64,000 nucleotides of DNA from the NCBI GenBank assembly GCA_963774265.1, contig CAVZDU010000006.1, positions 288,001 to 352,000 on the forward strand, given 5' to 3'. Source of the stretch: an uncultured Chloroflexia bacterium (GTDB lineage: Bacteria > Chloroflexota > Anaerolineae > CG2-30-64-16). Each line of letters begins with the position of its first letter. The stretch's first letter is position 1. The notes under the pieces were generated by a model. That model saw only the letters and a program-made list of their open reading frames with translations. It had not been told where the DNA came from and did not search any database. Both the position numbers and the translations under genes were made by a program. Below, one piece after another: positions 28,264 to 39,271 of this stretch.

Positions 28264-29978
28264 ACGCTCCGTTCCTCTTGACCACCGGCGCCTGCACGAA
28301 GATCGCCGTTCCTTGCCCCGGTGCGCTGGTCACATCCAGGCGACCGCCAATCTCCTCGAGCGCGCTGTCGCATGAAGCCCAGGCCGTAATGATCGTCCTC
28401 AGCGCCCAGGACCGCGTGCGGATCGAATCCTTTCCCGTCGTCACGTACGGTCAAGTGCAGACAATTGCCCTCGCAGGTGATCGTGAGGCTTGCCGAAGAG
28501 ACGCCGGCATGCCTTCGCACGTTGGCAAGAGATTCCTGGATGATGCGCAGAAGCTGGGCTTGTGTAGCCAGGTCAAGGTTGAGGTCGTTGGCCTGTGGCG
28601 GCATAGACACCTGAACGCCCAGGCCATGCAGCGAAGTGTACCGCTCCACATAATCGGCAACCGCGCTCCAAAAGCAGCTCCCCAGGCGCGTCGCCGTCCT
28701 GGATCCCAGCAAGAAGTCCCGAATTTCCTCGTGGGCATCCTGTGAGATTGCGAGGATGCTTCCCAGGTCTTCGTTGGCCTCATCAGGGCGATCCCGATCG
28801 AGCGCATCACGGGCAGCCTGGGCCTGCAGTTTAACGTACCCAAACGCTTGTGCCAGGCCATCATGCAACTCGCGTCCCACCCGTTCCCGCTCCTCCAGGC
28901 ACGCTAACGCAGCCCGCTGTCGCTCAACTTCGGCTTGCGCGGCCTTCATCTCAGTCACGTCATTCCAGATCACCACTTTTCCCAGACGGCCAGCAGTGGG
29001 ATCGACAAGCGGAGAGACACTGACGTCGAAGATATTTTTCGTCTGCCCTTCACCGATTGTGACTTCGGTGCGGCCCGTTCCGCCGTTGCAGGCAATCTGC
29101 TGAAGCTCAGGCCATGCGCTCAAAGCTAGCATCGCGTCCTGGCCGACTGTACTCCAACCCTCAACATGGAGCAAGCCCCTCGCCGCCGGATTCAAGTCCA
29201 CTACCCGATTCATCTCGTCAAGCACCATCACTCCGTTGCTCATTTGCTCGAAAAGAGCCTGGCGGTTGACCGGTGCCAGATCAAACGCTCGGAATCTGAA
29301 GATCGCGATGGCGACAATCAGCAGCCCGACTGAGCATAAGATGGACGAGATCGCAGAATCGGCAGTGACAAGAAGACGACTTTTTTCCGGTATGAAGCCG
29401 AGGGAGATAATTAGCCCGCCCACAGCGAGCATGGTGACCTGCCAGCGCAAGGCGCCATGCGCCCCCCTCCACAGCGAGAGAAGGATGGCCATGCACATCG
29501 ACGCGAGGACGCAGGCGTAAGACACGCCCAGGACGCCCGCGATACCCAACGTGCTCCGCAGCCCACCATCATCCCATAATCGCAACCAGACCAATCCGGT
29601 TGCTGCGTTCGTCGCGATTAAAGCGGTGAAGATCAAGAGCGGCAGTGAAAGCAGCACCCACATTCGGCGAGAGACCCGCGTTATCAGTCCTACGTAGTCT
29701 GCCGCGAGCCACAGCCCCACCAGACTGCTCCACGCAGCCAAAGCCATCCACGCCTGGTAAAAAAGAACCTTGAGAGGGAGGGTGTTAGCAGTAATTATCA
29801 GAATCTGCATGAGGAAAAGAAGGCAGAGCACAAGTAGGCAGGCGACGAACGGCGCACCTCCGCGTACGGACCGTCGCGGCCAAGTATAAGCGGCCAACAG
29901 CATGGCCACCCCAGTGACCACCAAATAGTGCCAAACCTGTGGTGACCAGGAAAAAGCTGGCATCACCGTCTCACCCAA
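28241..29978 (-). CDS. Sensor histidine kinase (HisKA_7TM-like N-terminus, PAS, HisKA_3); frameshift near 28365
   Basis: 7 TM segments, VVDLNPAA, ERERVGRELHDGLAQ, RIIQESLANVRRHA and DDGKGF. C-terminus GGRLDVTSAPGQGT is in a shifted frame. Confidence 0.9.
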
Positions 29979-30381
29979 ACCCTCAGAAGGACCAGACCTG
30001 CCACACCCACTACGGACGAGGTAGCATCCTCACACCATTAGTAAATTCTGACACACTTTAGCATAGACGATTGCCTGAGTCAAATCTTCGCAGGGGAAAA
30101 TCCTTAAAGATTGCCAAACATGAGAAGTTGTGCAACGTAATTATTTGTTCGGATATGTTGAGGCGACAAAGATCGTTTATCGACAACCTAAACAGGAATA
30201 TTCACTTGCACCTTTGTCCCCCTGCCCGTCTGGCTCTCGACAATCACGGTCCCCCTACCAGGCTGTGTAGTCGCTGCGAGGACCACAAATGCCTGTATGT
30301 AGGGTCGGACACCCCGTTCTAGACACCTCGTCTCAATCTCTGAGTCTTCGACATGACCGCTGATCCGGTATAATAGCGGCC

Positions 30382-31213
30382 ATGATCGAATTGGCGCCCA
30401 ACAGCAAAACCGGCCTCAGCCTCCGCTCCCCCTTCCTGCTTGGCAGCGCCGCGGTGGGCTGGGGGGACGCGTGGCCGCCCGGTGTGGAGCCGGGATGGTT
30501 CGGAGCGCTCGTGACGCCTCCCCTCACGCTGCAGGGGCGGCGCGGGATGGCCGGACCGCGGCTGGCCGAGATCCCTGGCGGTTTCATCCTCAATACTGGC
30601 GATCATAACCCCGGATTGCGCCGCGTGCTGCGCGACGACGTGGTCACCTGGGACAGCCTGGGACTGCCGGTGATCGTGGCGCTTGCGGGCAGTGCACCGG
30701 ACGATTGGTTGCGGCTGGGCGAGCGGCTAGAGGAGATCGGGATCGCCGCGCTCGAGGCGCAACTGCCCGCGGGCGTGACCCCGCGCGAGGCCGGCGGGTG
30801 GATTGCCAACCTGAAACGGGGATGCCAGTTGCCGGTGCTGGCGAAGGTGCGCGCGACGAACGCCGTCCTCCTGGCCGAGGTCTGCCGCGGGTGCTGGCGC
30901 AGGTGCGCTGGTCGTGGCGACGCCGCCGCAGGCCGCTGCGCGGGCGCCCGGAGGAGCAATTGTCGAGGGCCCAGTCGGTGGACCGGCCGCGTTTCCGTTC
31001 ACATTGCGGGCGCTGCGGGTCGTGGCCGAGCTGAACCTTGGCCTGCCGCTGATCGCTGCCGGCGGGATTACGACGGAAGACGATGTGCAGATCTGCTGGG
31101 AAGTAGGCGCGGACGCGCTTCAGTTGCGAAGCGTGTTGTGGACCGCGCCGGCCATCGTGGGAACACTGACCGCCCTAAAGCACGATCCCGATCGCGATCG
31201 CGAGCGCATATAG
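30382..31213 (+). CDS. Dihydroorotate dehydrogenase-like FMN TIM-barrel protein (frameshift near 30890)
   Basis: GLSLRSPFLLGS, PRLAEIPGG..NPG, PVLAK and PLIAAGGITT..GADALQL motifs. TATAAT at 30369-30374. Confidence 0.65.
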
Positions 31214-32155
31214 CACCGCCAACTGTGCAGTCCCGCCAAGGGTCTTGTTCAGCGCCGGTCCCAGCACGGTGAACAGCGTCCACGCGTGGCGGATAGCCAG
31301 CGGCAGGGTGACAAAGGGCAGCAGCACGGTGATGCGCATCCCGTACCCCGACCACAACAGCAGAGGCACCGCGTAAGCCAGGCCAAGCATGATCAGGTAC
31401 TCGATGCGCGCGCCGCGGCGGCCCAGCACCACGGCTAGCGTCCGCTTTCCCGCGCGGCGGTCCGTGTCCGCGTCCCGCACGTTGTTGACTACCAGGATCG
31501 CGGTGACAAGTGCGCCCATGGGAATGGCGGCAAGCCACACGAGCGGCGGCGCGGCGTGGGCCTGAGTGTAGTATGTCCCGACAACCGCGATCAGGCCGAA
31601 GAAGATGAACGTGGCGACATCGCCCAATCCGTAGTAGCCGAACGGCAGAGGGCCGTAGGTGTAGGCGACCGCCGCGACCATCGAGAGGAGGCCGACCGCG
31701 AGGATCGGCCAGCCCCCGACGACGATCAGGTAAATCCCACAGATCGCGGCCAGCCCCAGGACGACGAGAATGCCGCGTTTGATGTCACCCTCACTGATCA
31801 GCCCCACGGTGGTCACCCGCAAGGGTCCCACACGCTCGGGCGTATCCGTCCCCTTCTTGAAGTCGCCCAGGTCATTGGCGAGGTTGGAGGCGATCTGAAG
31901 GAGCAGCGCGGCCAGGAGCGCGGCCAAGCTGGCAAAGGGGTCGAACGCACCGTCGCGGATGGCCAGCGCCGTCCCGACGACGACGGGCGCGACCGAAGCG
32001 GGCAGCGTGCGCGGGCGGATGGCCAACATCCACGCCTGTCGCCGGGTGATCTTCCGCGGCGCGGCGGGTTCCGCACCCTGAGCGGAGCTGGGCCGCGGTT
32101 GGCCCGGCGGAGTTGAAGGAAGCTCTCGCGATGGTGACGGCGTTTCAGGATCCAT
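31175..32155 (-). CDS. menA: 1,4-dihydroxy-2-naphthoate prenyltransferase
   Basis: AIRPRTLPAS, NLANDLGDFKKGTD and LVVNNVRDADTDRRAGKRTLAV motifs. Confidence 0.93.
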   Translation of the reverse strand: MDPETPSPSRELPSTPPGQPRPSSAQGAEPAAPRKITRRQAWMLAIRPRTLPASVAPVVVGTALAIRDGAFDPFASLAALLAALLLQIASNLANDLGDFKKGTDTPERVGPLRVTTVGLISEGDIKRGILVVLGLAAICGIYLIVVGGWPILAVGLLSMVAAVAYTYGPLPFGYYGLGDVATFIFFGLIAVVGTYYTQAHAAPPLVWLAAIPMGALVTAILVVNNVRDADTDRRAGKRTLAVVLGRRGARIEYLIMLGLAYAVPLLLWSGYGMRITVLLPFVTLPLAIRHAWTLFTVLGPALNKTLGGTAQLAVLYALAIAIGIVL

Positions 32156-32744
32156 CAACGGGGCCATCCTCGGAACGTCCAAGACCTGTCAGCTCTCTCT
32201 TGAAAAAATGGAGCGCCGTGCTGCCGTATTGGCGGCGGTCGGTCTGCACCAGGTGCGCCAGGGTGACGTCGTGCCACTCCTTGGGAAAGATTTGGACGAT
32301 GACCAGGCCATCCGGCGCAAGGAGCTCAGGCCGCACGTCGACCAGCTCCAGCGCCTTCAGCCATAGTCCCTTGTACTGGGGTGGCGCGACGTAGATTACA
32401 TCGAACGGCGCCAGGTCGGTCCGCACCAGGTAGGCGAACGCATCGCCCGGGATGACGCGGCCGCGATCCGCCACCCCCGTGCTTTCGAGGTTCCGCTGCA
32501 GGGTGCGCAGCGCGTTGCGATCGCGCTCGCAGAAGACCACTTCGGCCGCGTCGCGGCTCAATGCCTCGATGCCCACCGCGCCGGTGCCCCCGAACAAATC
32601 CAGGTAGCGCCGGTCCTCGATCATCTCCTGCGATGTGAGGATGCTGAACAGTGCGGCCTTGGTCCGGTCAGTGATAGGCCGGGTGCTGTCGCCGGGCACT
32701 GAGGCGAGGGGCCGGCCCCTGGCCGAGCCTGCAATGACTCGCAT
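32145..32744 (-). CDS. rsmD: 16S rRNA m2G966 methyltransferase
   Basis: MRVIAGSARGR, TRPITDR, LDLFGGTGAVGIEALSR and YGSTAL motifs. Confidence 0.92.
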   Translation of the reverse strand: MRVIAGSARGRPLASVPGDSTRPITDRTKAALFSILTSQEMIEDRRYLDLFGGTGAVGIEALSRDAAEVVFCERDRNALRTLQRNLESTGVADRGRVIPGDAFAYLVRTDLAPFDVIYVAPPQYKGLWLKALELVDVRPELLAPDGLVIVQIFPKEWHDVTLAHLVQTDRRQYGSTALHFFKRELTGLGRSEDGPVDGS

Positions 32745-32747
32745 ACC

Positions 32748-33800
32748 CTACTTCCGCCTGATGATCGTACGGAAGACGAGCGTATCCACGCCACCGAAGC
32801 GGTGCTTGTAGTCCTCGTTCCCCTGCAGGAAGTCGAAATGCTGCCGGCCCAGGCGGATGGCATGCTGAATCAGCCGCGCCAGCAGGACCCAGCCGGGGCT
32901 CAACTGGGGCACGCCGGCAGGATCGTAACCGGAGTTGTACACCAGGATATCCCCCCCGTAGTCGAAGCAGAAGTACGTTGCGACCGGCTGACCTCCAACC
33001 TCCAAGAACGAGAGTTGCAGCCAGCCGCGCGCGGCCAGGACCTCAGCGATGGCGCGGAAATACGCCTGCATCTCCTCCGTCATGAACGCATGCTTGTCGG
33101 ATCGGCTGTTGCGGTGGAGCTTGATGAACGCGTCGACGGCTGCCCCCAGGTCCGCGCCGCCGTCGACGAAGCGGATTGCGGCATCCGGCGCGTCGCGCTC
33201 CACGCGGCGGAGCTTGCGGCGGATTTCATGCCGCTCTTTCTTGTCCAGAGCCTCCAGGTACGCGTTCCAGGCGTTCTCCTCCCTCGGCTCGTCGTAGTCA
33301 CCCGGCCGCGGCAAGGTGAGGATCGGGCTGACGTCCTCCTGGAACACCTCGACCGAGTAACCGGCCGCCTCAGCCAGTTTGGGCAAAACGGAGTGGCTAA
33401 GGGATGACGCGGGCTGATTGCACAGGTCGACGCGATTCCACGCGGGCGCATCCGGTCCCTCCAGCCACGCAAGAAAACCCCGGAATACTTCCTCCTCGCA
33501 GCCTTTCTCGATGATCAGGTCGAGATAGTCCGACACCTCGATGCAGCCTACGACGGCCAGCATCGGGCCCTCATCGTCCTGCATGTACAACGGCAAGATC
33601 GCGACCGTCCGGCCGGCGTCACGCGCGGCCAGGATGTAAAGCGGGCCGCGGCGCTGCCCCAGGTGGCGCCACCACGTGGTCTGCCATTCGTAAGTCAGAA
33701 ATATCGTGTCGAAGCGGCTGCGTCTCAGCAGATCGTTCCACTCGTTCCGAAGCGCGTCAAAACCGCTATCGTCGCGATAGAGAGTCCATTCCACAAACAA
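32748..33800 (-). CDS. GNAT acetyltransferase, CelD/BcsL-like
   Basis: FLTYEWQTTWW, SDYLD, YNSGYDP and FDFLQGNEDYKHRFG motifs. Confidence 0.85.
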   Translation of the reverse strand: MFVEWTLYRDDSGFDALRNEWNDLLRRSRFDTIFLTYEWQTTWWRHLGQRRGPLYILAARDAGRTVAILPLYMQDDEGPMLAVVGCIEVSDYLDLIIEKGCEEEVFRGFLAWLEGPDAPAWNRVDLCNQPASSLSHSVLPKLAEAAGYSVEVFQEDVSPILTLPRPGDYDEPREENAWNAYLEALDKKERHEIRRKLRRVERDAPDAAIRFVDGGADLGAAVDAFIKLHRNSRSDKHAFMTEEMQAYFRAIAEVLAARGWLQLSFLEVGGQPVATYFCFDYGGDILVYNSGYDPAGVPQLSPGWVLLARLIQHAIRLGRQHFDFLQGNEDYKHRFGGVDTLVFRTIIRRK

Positions 33801-33807
33801 ATTCCTT

Positions 33808-35565
33808 TCAATAGGCCCGAGCGGTTCTCCTGGCGACCCACATCAGGATCAGGAAGAGTACCGCGACCCCGCCAACCACCCAAGGCCACTGCTTCGGCCA
33901 TTTGGCCGTCGCTCGTTGCAGGAAGCCAGGCGCCCACGTCGGTGTCGCGGTCGGGGCGGCCGCCCCCTGCGGGGCAAGGGCTGAACCCGAGGTCGCACCT
34001 GCCGGCAGCGGCGCGGCAGGCGTGGTCCCAGCGTCCCCCAGTTCCGCCGCGGTGGGTGCACCTGCACCGTAGATAGCCACCTCAGTCCACCTGGCGTCTG
34101 GCGGGAGCGGCGTCTCGTTGATGGCGCGTGCCCCAGCAGCCGAAAGCGTCTCAACCGGGGTGATTTCCGCGGCCGAGAGCGTCTCAACCGGGGTGATCTC
34201 TGCGGCCGAAAGCGTCTCGACCGGGGTGATCTCTGCGGCCGAAAGCGTCTCCACTGGCTGCACGTCGGGGACACCCACCCCTTGCGATGAAGCCGTGGTC
34301 TCCAGGACGAGGGGTGCAGCCCCCGTCTCGAAAGAAGATGAAACGACTGACGGGTACGCATCGCCCGCGCAGCCCCACAGGCGCACCTCGTCCAGGAAGA
34401 ACGCGGTCCGGCCGCCCTTACCATCGTTCACCGCAGCGAAATAAAGATCGAACGTCTGCCCAACCATATCCGTAAGGTCAAATGTATGCTGCTTCCAGAC
34501 TCGATCGTTCTCCAAAACCTTCCATGGCACGGCCCACACGACATTGCCGGGACCCAGCACAACGAACTGCTGCCGGTCGGAGCCGCCAGAGGATTCGGCC
34601 CACGTGTAGGCCCAAAAGCTCACAATAGCCCGCGCGTAACCGCCCGGCACAGTCACGGTCTGGCGGATCGATGAATACGCGTCCCGGTTCTCCAACTGGG
34701 AGCCGAGTTGCAGGCTGAACGAGCCCCCGATGGCTGGATTGTTGACCAGGCGAGGCGCTAAGGGATGGCTCCCCGGGACCCACCCCAAGGTGCCAGACTC
34801 GAAGCCGCCGTTCTGCGTCAGCTCCTGGCAGCCGGCCGACACCGTGGGCGTCGCCGTCGGAGTGCAGGTGCGTGTCGCGGTGGGGGCCCCAGGTGTGCGG
34901 GTCGGTGTGGCCGTCGGGCCCCCGGGCGTGCAGGTTGGCGTGGCCGTCCTCGGAGCGATCGTCACTGGCGCCGGACAGGTCGACAGCGATACATCATCCA
35001 GGAACATGGCCACGCGACCGCCCATTCCGTCGTTGTATACGTTGAAGTAAAGCTGCACTGTCTGGCCGCGCCACACGCTCAGATCAAACGCGGACCGGTT
35101 CCATAGCCGGCTGTCGTTGTGCGACCGCCACGGTTTTCCCAAGATAGCCGACCCATCCGCGTTGAAGAGCACCAGTTCCATGTAGTCGGTCGTCGCGGGC
35201 GCCTCAGCCATGGCGTAGAACCAAAAGGAGAGGGTGGCTTGGACCGCACTCGAAGGGATGACCACCGTCTGGCGCGCGGAAGAGAAGCTTTCGACATTCG
35301 CGCCGCTGGTGATTCCCATTTGGAGCGAGTGCGTTCCGGAATGGGCCGAATAGGTGACCACCTGGGCCGGCACGGGGCTGACGCCTAACTGCCAAGCCCC
35401 GCCGGCCTCAAACCCTCCGTCCACGACGCGCTCGATGCACGCCCCAGGGACATAAGGGGTGACGGTGGCCGCGCTCCCGGGCGTGCCGAACGGTGCAAGT
35501 GCCGCGACCAGCGCGAGCACTGCGATGACCAGCAGGGCCACGATCAAGCGCGTTAGGTCATCCAT
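33808..35565 (-). CDS. Membrane-anchored secreted protein with two Cys-bracketed carbohydrate-binding-like domains and PT-rich linkers
   Basis: N-terminal signal/TM, two repeats GGFE..RQTV..LSFW..LYF..ND..LDDV, and a C-terminal TM plus basic tail. Confidence 0.7.
   Translation of the reverse strand: MDDLTRLIVALLVIAVLALVAALAPFGTPGSAATVTPYVPGACIERVVDGGFEAGGAWQLGVSPVPAQVVTYSAHSGTHSLQMGITSGANVESFSSARQTVVIPSSAVQATLSFWFYAMAEAPATTDYMELVLFNADGSAILGKPWRSHNDSRLWNRSAFDLSVWRGQTVQLYFNVYNDGMGGRVAMFLDDVSLSTCPAPVTIAPRTATPTCTPGGPTATPTRTPGAPTATRTCTPTATPTVSAGCQELTQNGGFESGTLGWVPGSHPLAPRLVNNPAIGGSFSLQLGSQLENRDAYSSIRQTVTVPGGYARAIVSFWAYTWAESSGGSDRQQFVVLGPGNVVWAVPWKVLENDRVWKQHTFDLTDMVGQTFDLYFAAVNDGKGGRTAFFLDEVRLWGCAGDAYPSVVSSSFETGAAPLVLETTASSQGVGVPDVQPVETLSAAEITPVETLSAAEITPVETLSAAEITPVETLSAAGARAINETPLPPDARWTEVAIYGAGAPTAAELGDAGTTPAAPLPAGATSGSALAPQGAAAPTATPTWAPGFLQRATAKWPKQWPWVVGGVAVLFLILMWVARRTARAY
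34138..34257. repeat. In-frame 33-bp tandem repeat (~3.5 copies; VETLSAAEITP)
   Basis: GCCGAAAGCGTCTC(A/G)ACCGGGGTGATCTCTGCG units. Confidence 0.9.
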
Positions 35566-35643
35566 TGTGGGGCCACCTCGAAGGCCTTTACAATGCGGGC
35601 TTTATTGTGAAGTCATTCTATCATGAAGCTTCGCTGAGAGCAA

Positions 35644-35672
35644 TTGACCCTTAACGACGGGCCGTGTATAAT
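35644..35672 (+). promoter_or_regulatory. Sigma70-type promoter for the GT2-WcaJ operon
   Basis: TTGACC-17 nt-TATAAT, with ATG at 35682 only 9 nt downstream. Confidence 0.75.
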
Positions 35673-35681
35673 GCCCCGGCA

Positions 35682-36670
35682 ATGAACGCAACGGCCTCCA
35701 ACAGCCCCGATCTTGTGATAGTTATTGTCAATTACAACACCTGTGCCCTCCTGCGCGATTGCCTCCGGTCAGTCTACGCCAGCGAGCTCGATATGGCGCA
35801 ACTGCCGGACGAGGAACGCGGACTTTCGCCGCGGCGTCTGACATTTGCCGCGTGTGTGGTGGACAACGCGTCGCCGGACGACAGCGTCGCGATGGTGCGC
35901 CACGAATTCCCGCAGGTACAGGTGATCGCGAATGACCACAATGTCGGTTACCCGGCGGCGAACAATCAAGGGCTGCGCCTGTACGGGTTCAATGACCGGC
36001 CGAACCCGGGCGCAGGCACCGGAGGGATACCAACCTTTGCGCTGCTGCTGAACCCGGACACCGTGCTGCCGCCCGATGCGCTGGCGCGGATGATCGCGTT
36101 TGTCGAGCGTGGGGAGCGGATCGGCGTTGCGGGACCCAAACTGGTGCGGCTGGACGGTTCGCTCGACAAGGCGTGTCGGCGCTCCTTCCCGACGCCCGAT
36201 ACTTCGCTCTGGCACATGCTATACCTGGACCGGCTCTTCCCGAAGAGTCCCCGGTTCGGCCGCTATAATCTTTCGTATCTCGATCCGGACGAGGTCACCC
36301 GCGTCGATGCGATCGTGGGCGCGTTCATGCTGGTCCGCGGCGAGGCCATCCTCCGGGCGGGCCTGCTCGACGAGACTTTCTTCATGTACGGCGAGGACCT
36401 GGACTGGGCCAAACGCATCACCGATGCAGGCTGGGAAGTGTGGTACAATCCGAAGGTCACCGTGCTGCACATCAAGGAGGCTGCAGCCGCAACTCCTATC
36501 GGGCACGCGTTGAGTTCTACCGTGCGCTGAACATCTTCTACGACAAGCATTACAAGGCCAGAAACGCCGTTCTGGCTGGACTGGCTGATCCGGGGCGGCG
36601 TGGCCATCGTCGGCTGGGCCGACCTGACGGCGCGGCGCCTGCCGCGGCCAGTATGGGAGGACGACCCCAT
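35682..36670 (+). CDS. GT2 glycosyltransferase (WbbL-like); C-terminal frameshifts, end approximate
   Basis: IVIVNYNT, VVDNASPD, LLLNPD and FFMYGEDLDW motifs. Confidence 0.85.
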
Positions 36671-38054
36671 GAGACGGGCCGCGCATCCTGTTCGGCCTCA
36701 GCCTGGTGCTGGTCGACCTCCTCATGAGCGTCCTGGCGTTCTTCATCGCGTATCTGATTCGCCTCTGGACGCGCGGGGCTGAGATCGGTCCGTTTCCAAC
36801 TACCTGACGCCCGCCGCGATCCAGGCCGTCAGCACACTGGTCGTCTTCTTCTTCTACAAGTTCTACCACCGCCGGCATGCCGCGCTGCTGCTCGACGAGG
36901 TTTACCGCCTCTTCGGCGCGGTGTCCGTCGCGACGCTGATCACGGTCGCCTTCATCTCCTTTGCGCTGCGCGACACCCTGGATTACCAGCGGTCCATGAT
37001 GCTCCTGGCCTGGGCCGCGTCGCTGATCACCATCACCCTCGGCCGCGCGCTCCACAGCCGAGTTCAGCGTTCGCTGCAGCGCCGCGGCGTCGGCCAGGAG
37101 CGCGTGCTCATCGTCGGCACCGGCGAGGTGGGCCGGATGATCCTGCAGAAGATCCAGCACACCCCAGGCCTCGGCTACCAGGTGGTGGGCTTCGCCGACG
37201 CCAATGGAGCTGGGCCCGAGCGTGTCATGGGGCTGCCGGTGCTCGGCACATCGAGGATCTGCCGGATATCATCGAAAACCAAGACATCGAGGAAGTGATC
37301 ATCGGCCTGCCTGAGGCCACCCACCAGGAATTGGTCGGCATCATCTCCCAGTGCGAGCGCGAAAAGGTCAGCATCCGCGTCTTCCCGGATGTGTTCCAGA
37401 TCATGGCCTCGGAGGTCACGATCAGCGACCTGGCCGGGCTGCCGCTGCTCACCATCCGCGACGTGGCCCTGCGCGGCTGGAAGCTGACCCTCAAGCGCGG
37501 CGTCGACATTCTGGCCAGCAGCGGTTTCCTGCTCTTTGCCTCGCCGCTCATGATGCTGACCGCGGTGCTGATCAAGCTCGACTCGCCGGCCCGGTCTTCT
37601 TCGTGCAGGAGCGCATGGGGCTGGACGCCAAGCCGTTCAAGATGCTCAAGTTCCGCTCGATGCGCGCGGATGCCGAGCGGCTGGGCCAGGCTGGACCACC
37701 AAGAACGACCCTCGGCGCACGCGCGTCGGCAGCCTCATCCGCAAGACCTCTGTCGACGAGCTGCCCCAGTTCATCAACGTGCTGATGGGCGACATGAGCC
37801 TGGTTGGCCCGCGGCCCGAGCAGCCCGCCTACGTCGAGCAGTTCCGGCAGAGCATCCCCCGCTACATGGAGCGCCACCGCGAAAAGGCCGGCATCACCGG
37901 CTGGGCGCAGATCAACGGACTGCGCGGCGACACCTCGATCGCCGAGCGCACCAAGTACGACCTGTGGTATATCGAGAACTGGTCGCTCTGGCTCGACTTC
38001 AAGATCATCCTGCGCACCGCGTTCAAGGCCTTCTTCGACAGATCAGCGTACTAA
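36669..38054 (+). CDS. Full-length undecaprenyl-phosphate glucose phosphotransferase (WcaJ-like), several frameshifts
   Basis: TM region, [49 protein letters not shown] and DLWYIENWS across frames. Confidence 0.85.
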
Positions 38055-38063
38055 GCCCCCTTT

Positions 38064-38092
38064 TTGACACGGCTGGCCCTTCGTGCTATCAT
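38064..38092 (+). promoter_or_regulatory. Sigma70/SigA promoter of hrcA operon
   Basis: TTGACA-17 nt-TATCAT with extended TG. Confidence 0.85.
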
Positions 38093-38104
38093 TTGCCCAC
38101 ATCA

Positions 38105-38131
38105 TTAGCACTCTCCCACTAAGAGTGCTAA
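38105..38131 (+). promoter_or_regulatory. CIRCE operator (HrcA binding site)
   Basis: Perfect TTAGCACTC-N9-GAGTGCTAA. Confidence 0.97.
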
Positions 38132-38160
38132 TGAGTGCTAAAGGGGCATGCTAGTACACG

Positions 38161-39271
38161 ATGAGTGCTAAGATAAATTCGGACATGACGCCGCGACGCC
38201 AGGCAGTGCTGGGGTTGGTGATCCGCTCCTATGTCGAGCGGGGGTCCCCTGTCGGCTCGAAGGTCGTTCGTCCAGTCATACGGGCTGGACATCAGCCCGG
38301 CGACCATCCGCAACGAGATGGCCGCGCTGGAGGACCTGGGCTACCTGACGCATCCCGCACACCTCCGCCGGGCGCATCCCGACCGAGCAGGGCTATCGCT
38401 ACTTCGTCGAGTACCTGCTGGGCGAGACCGAGCTGCCCCTGCCCGAACAGCACATGATCCGCCATCAGTTCCACCAGGCGCGGCTGGAGTTGGACCAGTG
38501 GGTGCAACTGGCCGTGGCGGTGCTGGCGCACACCACGCGCAAGGCCGCGCTGGCCACCCCGCCGCGCGCTCGATGAGAGCCAGTTCAAGCATCTGGAGCT
38601 GATCAGCCTGCGCGACACGCTGGTCCTGATGGTGCTGGTCCTGATGGGCGGCACGGTCAAGCAGCAGATGCTGACCCTGGACGAGCCCATCGAGCAGGAA
38701 TCGCTGAGCCGGCTCTCCAACCAGCTCAACGACCAGCTTCGCGGGGCAACGCACGGCCCAGATCGAGGCCGCAGGTGCGTGCTCTGCCTGGCTCGGCCGG
38801 CCAGATCGGCCGCTTCGTCGCGGAGATCATGGCCGCCGTGGATCAGCCAGGGCGAGGATGCCGCTCTACCGCGACGGCCTGATCCACATCCTGGACGAGC
38901 CGGAGTTCGCCGCAGGGCGGCCAGGTGCGCGACATGGTCCAGGTCATCGAAGGCCCATCGCTGTCGAACATCATCGCCACCGCTGCGCCCCTCGGAGATC
39001 GGCGGCGTGCAGGTGCTGATCGGCGGCGAAGGGCGCTGGCACGAATTTGCGGAGCTGGCCTGGTGCTCTCTCGCTACGGCGTGGAGGGCGGCGCCAGCGG
39101 CTTGCTGGGCGTCGTCGGCCCGCTGCGCATGACGTACGATCGCACCATCGGCGCGGTGCGCTACGTGTCGCGAGTCTGATGAGCGACCTGGTCGAGCGAT
39201 TGGTACGATGCGGATCGGCGACCGGCGCACGAGACGTGCGAGATTTAGAGCGGAGAACTGATACTGGCTGA
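38161..39271 (+). CDS. hrcA: Heat-inducible repressor HrcA (multiple frameshifts, end approximate)
   Basis: [37 protein letters not shown] and [11 protein letters not shown] motifs, downstream of CIRCE. Confidence 0.9.

Noticed and set aside
22684-34257. 18-bp and 33-bp repeats as CRISPR arrays
   Set aside because: They are head-to-tail and in-frame, have no unique spacers, and there are no cas genes.
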